Part shown: one piece after another, positions 56,768 through 64,000 of the stretch | Layout of the letters: each line of letters opens with the position of its first letter | Position numbering within the stretch: the stretch's first letter is position 1 | NCBI GenBank assembly: GCA_012295275.1 | Contig: CM022671.1 | Location: 6,510,001 to 6,574,000, forward strand | Direction: 5' to 3' | Source of the DNA: Chrysomallon squamiferum | Taxonomy: Eukaryota > Animalia > Mollusca | DNA: 64,000 nt | Made by a program: the position numbers and the translations under genes | The notes under the pieces: generated by a model | The model's input: only the letters and a program-made list of their open reading frames with translations | What the model was told of the DNA's origin: nothing | The model's database searches: none

Positions 56768-59700
56768 ATACACAGTGACATTAATACATCTAAATGTAGG
56801 TAGTTCACACTTAATATGAAATTATGAAAATTTATGTTTGCATTAATTCTACACACACACACACACACACATGCACACACAAATTACAATGTGTTTCAAG
56901 CCTTTTCTGATTCTGATTATCATTTAACTAATATACAACAACTAATGTAATTCTGAGCTGGCTGTTGCTAAATTCTGATTTATTCAGTGAGAATATTCCT
57001 TAATCAGAAATGCCTCTTCTAAGTTTGAATCCAGACAAAAAAAAAATTAAAAAATAAAAAAATCACCTCCACTTTGTGTAGCTGACATTCCACCCCATAG
57101 TGAGACACTGTGTCAAACTCATGTGGTATGTGCAGAACCACAGAGGAGCCGCTTTTCCCAATCTGGATACCCTGAGGTACCCCTCGAGCTAGTTCATTCC
57201 ACAGGATCATTGATTCACCAGCTGTGATGTAGAAATAATGAAAAAAAAAAAAAAAATTATGGTTATACAAGTAGAGAAATAATGAAAAAAAAAAAAATTA
57301 AGTTATACAAGTAAAGAAATAATGAAAAAAAAAAAAAATTAAGTTATACAAGTAAAGAAATAATGAAAAAAAAAAAAAAGATATTCGCATTTTTAAAAAA
57401 CATGGACTCACGTATACCTACATACATGCACTCCAAACAAAACGAAATTCGAACAAATAGAGAATGATTTAAAATTCTTCATTATGTCAAAATAGAATAT
57501 TTTAAAGAGAGAAAGTTAAACACTGTTTACTCACACTGAATCACTCTGTACACAGGAGAAATCTGGAGAAGCATGCATTCTTTTCCACCATACTTGTCTG
57601 GTCCTTCCCTGTGAAGCAAGGTAAAGACAACAAGTTTTCAACACAGTTTTAACTCAAAACATTTTTTCTGACAGTTTCTTACACTACAGTGGCATTAAGA
57701 GTTGACAGTTAAGCTTTGATATTAAATGTTATTGAGGATTTGAGTTTGTTATTTTATACACCTATAAAAAAGTTATCATAAATGACCAAATAAATCAAAC
57801 ATTTTTCAGTGAAGATACATGGTATGATTGTACACAATGCTTTTACAGCAATCACTTTTCCAACATTTTTGGGGGTCACATAAATTTTGAAAATCAGAAA
57901 GATAATATGGCAAAGGTTTATATGACCCAAAAGGTGTATCACTGAAGCAGGACATATGGCTTATAGGATATATAGGAAAAAAATTAAATATAAAAATTAA
58001 AAAAATAAAACATTAAAAAAATTAAATATTAAACTTTTCAATGTTTTACAATTTGCAGTTTGTTGTGTAAATTACAAAAATCATATTACAAATATGTTAA
58101 TATTCATATTAGACATTGTAATACAAAACACTGAGAAACTTGATAAAAAATCTATCTTCTACCTCCAGCCTGTGTCGTTAGCTATACAGTACAAGTTTCT
58201 TCCTTCGAATAACACCAACATGATGGTGGGTCCATGGTAGGATGTCACATGGTGTGAAAATCTGTCATAATAAAAACAAATTTAAAACATATATAACTAA
58301 AACTATTAAAAATCTGTTATAATAAAAACAAATTTAAAACATACATAACTAAAACTATTAAAAATCTGTTATAATGAAAACATATTTAAAACATACATAA
58401 CTAAAACTATTAAAAATCTGTTTTAATGAAAACAAATTTTTAATGAAAAAATGTTATTGAAAAACATTTTAAATATGTAACTAAAACTATTAAAAATCTG
58501 TTATAATGAAAACACATTTTAAATATACGTATCTAAAAGTATTAAAAATCTTCATTAAAAAAATAAAAAATAAAAATAAATGAAATAAAAATGTACATAT
58601 AATAATTAAAAATGCTAAAAAGAACACCTCACACACAGAAATTGAAATCATGAAAAAGAGACATTCTAACAGAGATTACAAAACTGAAAGAAATGAGAAA
58701 CTAAAAAAAAAATTGACTAGATCCAGGATAAACACTAAAATAAAATCTAACCTTCAGTTTTAAATGTGACGTGTGTTTGTTAAAAGAAAATCAGATGTTT
58801 GTAAATTCAGTTACAAATGAAATAAATACAAGTAATGTTTTTTTTTTTTTAAATATGAATACAGAGTACTAAAGTAAAAAATAAATAAAAATCCGTTACC
58901 TGTTCATGGAGAGGCCATGGTCGCTGCTGCTGTACAAAATGGTCCAACTCTGACAACGAGACAATCGCGCCTGGAGAGAAAAAATAAAAAATACTTTGAG
59001 AATAACCAACAAGATTATCTCTCATTTATTATTATTTGTAGAACATTAATTGTTAGAAAATGTTTAAAATCTTAAAAAAATAATTTAAAATATTTTAGTT
59101 TATCTCTCATTATTAAAGATAAATTCTGTGAGAGAGACAGAAAGAGAGAAAGAAATAATTAGAAAAAAAATTACTGATGTTTGGATGAATGGATTGGTGT
59201 AGATTAGAAAATTCAAACCCTGAATGGGTAAACAGTGTTTAAACTCACCAGTTTCATGATCAGGTGATAGGAGTTGATGAGTGGGTTGTTGGTGGGTGCT
59301 TCTGCCGTCTGACTGTGGGTATAGGCTGCAGGCAGCGTCGCTGACATCGCCCACAACATCCCCATTGACAGAGAATACCTGCCGTCAACAAAACCTTCCA
59401 GCTGAGGCACAGGAGCCGTTTCCTGAAATAAAATCAACAGCAAAGATACACACAAATGCTCACGACACTTGATATTGTTTGTATCTACTTGTTAAGTTGT
59501 TAATTTTAAACAGAAGTGTTTTTCCTGTGATTTTATTTAATTCTGTTTTGCAATCTTCTTTAAAATTCACAATTGGAAAGATTTTCTTAATAGCCAGATT
59601 TCTAATTAATTTATTTGTTTGTTTGTGTGTGTGTGTGTTTATGTATGTTTGTTTGTTTGTTTGTTTGTTTGTGTGTTTGTTTGTTACCAGTTCAGAAGGC

Positions 59701-61240
59701 AGCGTGGAGCCAGTGAGGATGAGGTAGACCCAGTTGTGCACACCACAGAACATGTGAGGACAATTCCACTTCAACCACGACACAAACGCATCATAGTGCA
59801 GCTCTTCCTCTATCCCAAACTGACAAACACAAGTTTAAATAATTTATTACTAACTCATTATGCTATCCTAAACTGACAAAAATACAAGTTTAAATAGAAA
59901 ATTCATTACTAATTTATTATTCTACACAATTTTAGACAGATAATCTATTAACTTTATAATATTTATCTTTTCTTATAGCTTAAGAACTAAAATGTTTTCA
60001 ACATTAAATGATTAATAAAGACAAATCCATGCAATTTTTCATGTGATTATTTAATATAATCAATTTAAACCTCTTGACATGTGTGTTACTATAGCAATAA
60101 ACATTTAATACTATCTGCCATACATTATATGTTTTAGCCCAATGAGCATGTTTGTTGCTAAAGCAATACACATTTTATACTATCTGCCATACAACATTCA
60201 ATGTTTTAGATCACCTACCATGCTTGTGACCATCGCTGTAAAGGCTTTATCATCACGGTCAGTTTTGGAATATGGGAACTTGGAAGCAGAAAGAGTGAGA
60301 GCATAGGCTATCTGAATCATCAACAGAGCGTCTACAAAAATCATTAAAAAGTTAGACAGAGCATCTGACAGCAATAAATAAATAAAAATATATATAAACA
60401 TGTTCTCAAAAGTTTATATAATAATTATAATTCATCTTACAGATAATTATGCCATATATGAAAAAGTGAAAATCTCTAATTATAGATGTGGATTTCAGTG
60501 AAAAATTTAAAAATGCAACAAAGACATAAGTAGTTTTAGAAGAAAAAAAAAAACTGACAAATTTCAGATGTGGTTCTCCAGAAATGAACAACGTAAAGAT
60601 ATGTGAATTTGTTACATACAATTTATAATCAATGTAGAAACTTTTTTTTATACAATTTTAAAAAAATACAGAAATTTATTTACATACAATTTTTTAAAAA
60701 TACATTAACTTTTAACAAATTTTTTTAAAGAAACTAGAAACATTTTACAAAGAATTTATAAAGAAAACAGAAACTTTTTTACATACAATTTCTGATGAAC
60801 ACATAAGTGGTCTTAACACATGATTTCTAACTCACCATCTTTTGTTAGAGCATCTTTGCCTGCAGCAAACAGTTTGAAATAATATTTCTGCTGGTCAGAT
60901 TCATCAAACTTTTTGAGGATTTCTTTTCCAGCCTTGACAAACTGTTCACGAGTGATCCGGTCGCGATTTGAATTTCCGTTCAGCATCTGTCTGTACATCA
61001 GTCTACCAAACTGGTGCAGTGGACCATGGAAGACATTCTGCAAAGAAACAGAAACACCGATCAGTTAATTATCAATATTTATTTCAGTATATGTACTCTA
61101 TATGTACTGTGGACAACTCTGACCAATTAACAGCAAGAAAGACTGTGCCTTCCTGCAGACAGGAAAACTAGATAAAATTATGTTTGGTATACTTATAGAT
61201 ATTAGTATTATTATTATTTTTATTATTGTTCTTATTGTTG

Positions 61241-61290
<50 letters not shown>

Positions 61291-61353
61291 TTTATTATTT
61301 AAATTATTTCTTTTTTTTAATTATTTTTATTTTAAACTAACAGTTGAGTTTAC

Positions 61354-61400
<47 letters not shown>

Positions 61401-63260
61401 TGTACACACTGTATTTATCATTTGGTTTAACAGTGACTCAGATGTTGAACTTTTCTCTGTGCAGTGTGTCATTATTAAAAAACATTATCCGTACATTGTC
61501 CAGATTATATAAACTACTTTGTGAACTCCATGTCCAATACATCAGCAGTGACAGGGTAAGAAAAGAAAGTACTTATCGTGAACATTAGCACTGATAAAAA
61601 CAAAGCTTGTTGTCAACATCAACCACGCAGTAGTACTGTAAAGTCTGCTTAACAACATCATTACAAGATTAATTTTACATTATCAGGCACTAAATGTCAA
61701 ACCACTACACTGATTAACTTTCACTCTTCTACCTGTGAATGTCATTATTCCGTTTTTGTCATTACATTTCTGTTTCTCAAGAAACTATCTTTAAAATATA
61801 ATAATTTAAAAAAATAATAAGTATTATTATAACAGATTGTTCTGGTTTTATTAACTGAAGATACAAAATGTTATTCACTGTATCTAATGACATTCACTCT
61901 TTTCTGCTGATAAATATTTATATTATACAAGGTCATGATGTGCATAATTATAACATTTTATTATCTATGAAATGAAAATGTAATGATTATATCTTTAAAA
62001 AAAAAAAAAAAAAAAAAACAGATAACCAGTGGAACACAAATATTTGCAATTAAATATTTATTTACACATCATATTATCAAGACCCTTGGACTCTGTGGAA
62101 CTAGTGATTCATCAAGAACCTGCAGCTGTCACTGATCATACATACATGAACAGAATTAACTTGCTCTAAGTATGTAATGTGTTTTCTCAAACAAGCAGAG
62201 CTGGAGAGAGAAGGGAAAAAAAAAAAAAATTATGCTGCATTACTCAGCAATTTATACAGATTTGTATGTGGCAAACTATCCCTGATATTTTCACTATATT
62301 AAGGCTATAAAATAAAAAGCTATCACCATGGGGTGTAGAAAAGGAACAATTTTTTATTTGTTTTTTTTTCTCAGATTTTTTTCTTTTCTCTGCTCCGATT
62401 ATTAAAAACAAACAGATAAATATTTTATTATCCATAATTCTCTTCACAGTTTAGACTTTCAGATTTGTATTTAGCATATTTCTCTTTGAAACTTTCACTG
62501 TTGTATTTTAAAAAATATATATATTTCCGTGTCTTTAATTTTCTTTTTCTTTTTAATAACACTTGCAGTTCTCTCTCACACGCATGCACAAATCTCTCCT
62601 GTTTTATCTTTCCTAATATCTCTGATATAAACATATGTATCAATACAAGACAAGATGTAAAGAAGAGCTGTGATTACATTTCCTCATTACTTTCAGTGGT
62701 AATTCCAGATTAGCAACACAGTGCAGGTAAGTATCTCTTACCTGTCAGCCTTTGTTAGTGTACTATTATTTCAGAAATGTAAAAAGATACACTGTCATTC
62801 CCAACAGTAAAATATACATTGTCATCTTAACAGTAAAAAGATACACTGTCATTCCCAACAGTAAAATATACATTGTCATCTTAACAGTAAAAAGATACAC
62901 TGTCATTCCCAACAGTAAAATATACATTGTCATCTTAACAGTAAAAACATACACTGTCATCATAACAGTGAAAACATACACTGTCATAACAGTAAAAACA
63001 TCCATACACTGTTAATTAAAACATTAACTGTGATCCGAATGTACATCAGAAAACACTTATACAAATTAAAAACAAATTATATGCATAAATTCATCATAGC
63101 TGTGTAAATTTTAACATATATCACCTGTCCTCCCACACACTCCCACCAACAAACATAAACACAGACACAGTCACAGACAGACACACAGACATACCTCAAA
63201 AGTTGTTTGTGAAAGCTCTCCAGGATGAGAATTGCCAGCATCAGAGGTGATTTCAATTTT
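55562..63260 (-). CDS. TLDc-domain protein (Rtc5/MEAK7-like architecture), last 11 coding exons; start beyond the right edge
   Basis: Exons 63260-63195, 61037-60836, 60331(or 60364)-60219, 59819-59688, 59422-59249, 58970-58900, 58261-58163, 57608-57535, 57221-57067, 56655-56563, 55657-55562 splice in frame (~424 aa). TLDc motifs WTILYSSSDHGLSMNRF..YHGPTIMLV and VEVWGCGG; C-terminal WNENPDKQILEWGG. Confidence 0.88.
55960..56560. repeat. ~22-bp minisatellite (aaaagtgtaactgtgtttatat) in the last TLDc intron
   Basis: Many imperfect tandem copies. Confidence 0.88.
58257..58550. repeat. ~52-bp minisatellite whose unit includes the TLDc splice acceptor
   Basis: Unit aaaatctgttataataaaaacaaatttaaaacatacataactaaaactatta, about 5 copies; the first overlaps the exon boundary at 58261/58262. 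Confidence 0.88.
62775..63012. repeat. 54-bp (two ~27-bp subunits) minisatellite in a TLDc intron
   Basis: Three exact copies (the repeating VKRYTVIPNSKIYIVILT in the ORF track) plus shorter variants. Confidence 0.9.
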
Positions 63261-64000
63261 CTGAAAAACAGAATTAAACATTATCTTCAAAAATAAAAAC
63301 AATGAATATGAAACCTATATATGCATTTATATATCTATATGTATGTGTGTATGTGTGTGTTGAAACCATTTAAAATTAAAATAATAATAAATTTTCACTC
63401 ATATGCTCCAATAAAATAAATAAATAAATGATGATAACAAAGTTGATAAAAGGTTGATAACTGGCATAGTATTTAGAAGTAAGTTATTTTTACACATCTA
63501 TGGATTAACTGAACTAAAAATTGCTCAAGGACAAATTACAAGGAAAAATGAAAGGTATGTAAACAATACTAACTATAAGATTTTTTTTCTTCTCAATTAC
63601 TGTTGATTGTTATAGAATAATTTGTTTGTTTTTTGTTGCTTTTTTCCCTTTCTTTCCTTTTTTTCTGTGGTGTGGAATGGAGTACGTATATTTGTTACAA
63701 ATAAATAAATATAAAACTGCAAGTAATTTGAAACATAAAATGAGACAAACATTTAACAACTGATTAATCAGAACAATAGCAGCTGTGTTATTTAAAGCCC
63801 AGTCAGCAAACCTATCTTTAATGACTCTGTAACAAAATTATTCATCCATGATATGCACGTCACACATGGATGAACACTGTAATTGAGAACAAACTGTAAT
63901 TCTGTCATTGTGAAAAGTTGGAGAGTGCAAAAATGTTCTCTTTCATTTGTAATAAATGAGAGATTTCTTAAGATATTTTTCATTTGTTTATTATAATTTT

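Noticed and set aside
62752-63015. Repetitive ORFs on both strands
   Set aside because: Product of a 54-bp intronic minisatellite whose length is a multiple of three.

Overview
AT-rich, intron-containing eukaryotic (metazoan; a mollusc or other lophotrochozoan is my low-confidence guess) genomic DNA with one 200-N scaffold gap (21027-21226). The first ~38 kb is a recently amplified, partly inverted array of at least nine near-identical copies of a compact six-exon Cdc25/string-type phosphatase gene (~307 aa, catalytic HCEFSSER). Copies A and B are on the minus strand and C-I on the plus strand. C and F splice to intact ORFs, and A is intact as far as the window shows. The rest carry a frameshift, a broken splice donor or truncations. 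Every copy with a visible 3' end has a 44-bp quasi-palindromic (hairpin-forming) tandem repeat between the stop codon and AATAAA. A degenerate non-LTR retrotransposon (zinc-knuckle ORF1 plus AP-endonuclease ORF2) starts immediately after the TATA box of copy E. The right part holds a complete 7-exon eIF4H gene (minus, 283 aa), a Tigger/pogo-like MITE, and the last 11 coding exons of a TLDc-domain gene (minus) whose splice acceptors are repeatedly duplicated in tandem. Exon boundaries were spliced by hand; no database search was run.
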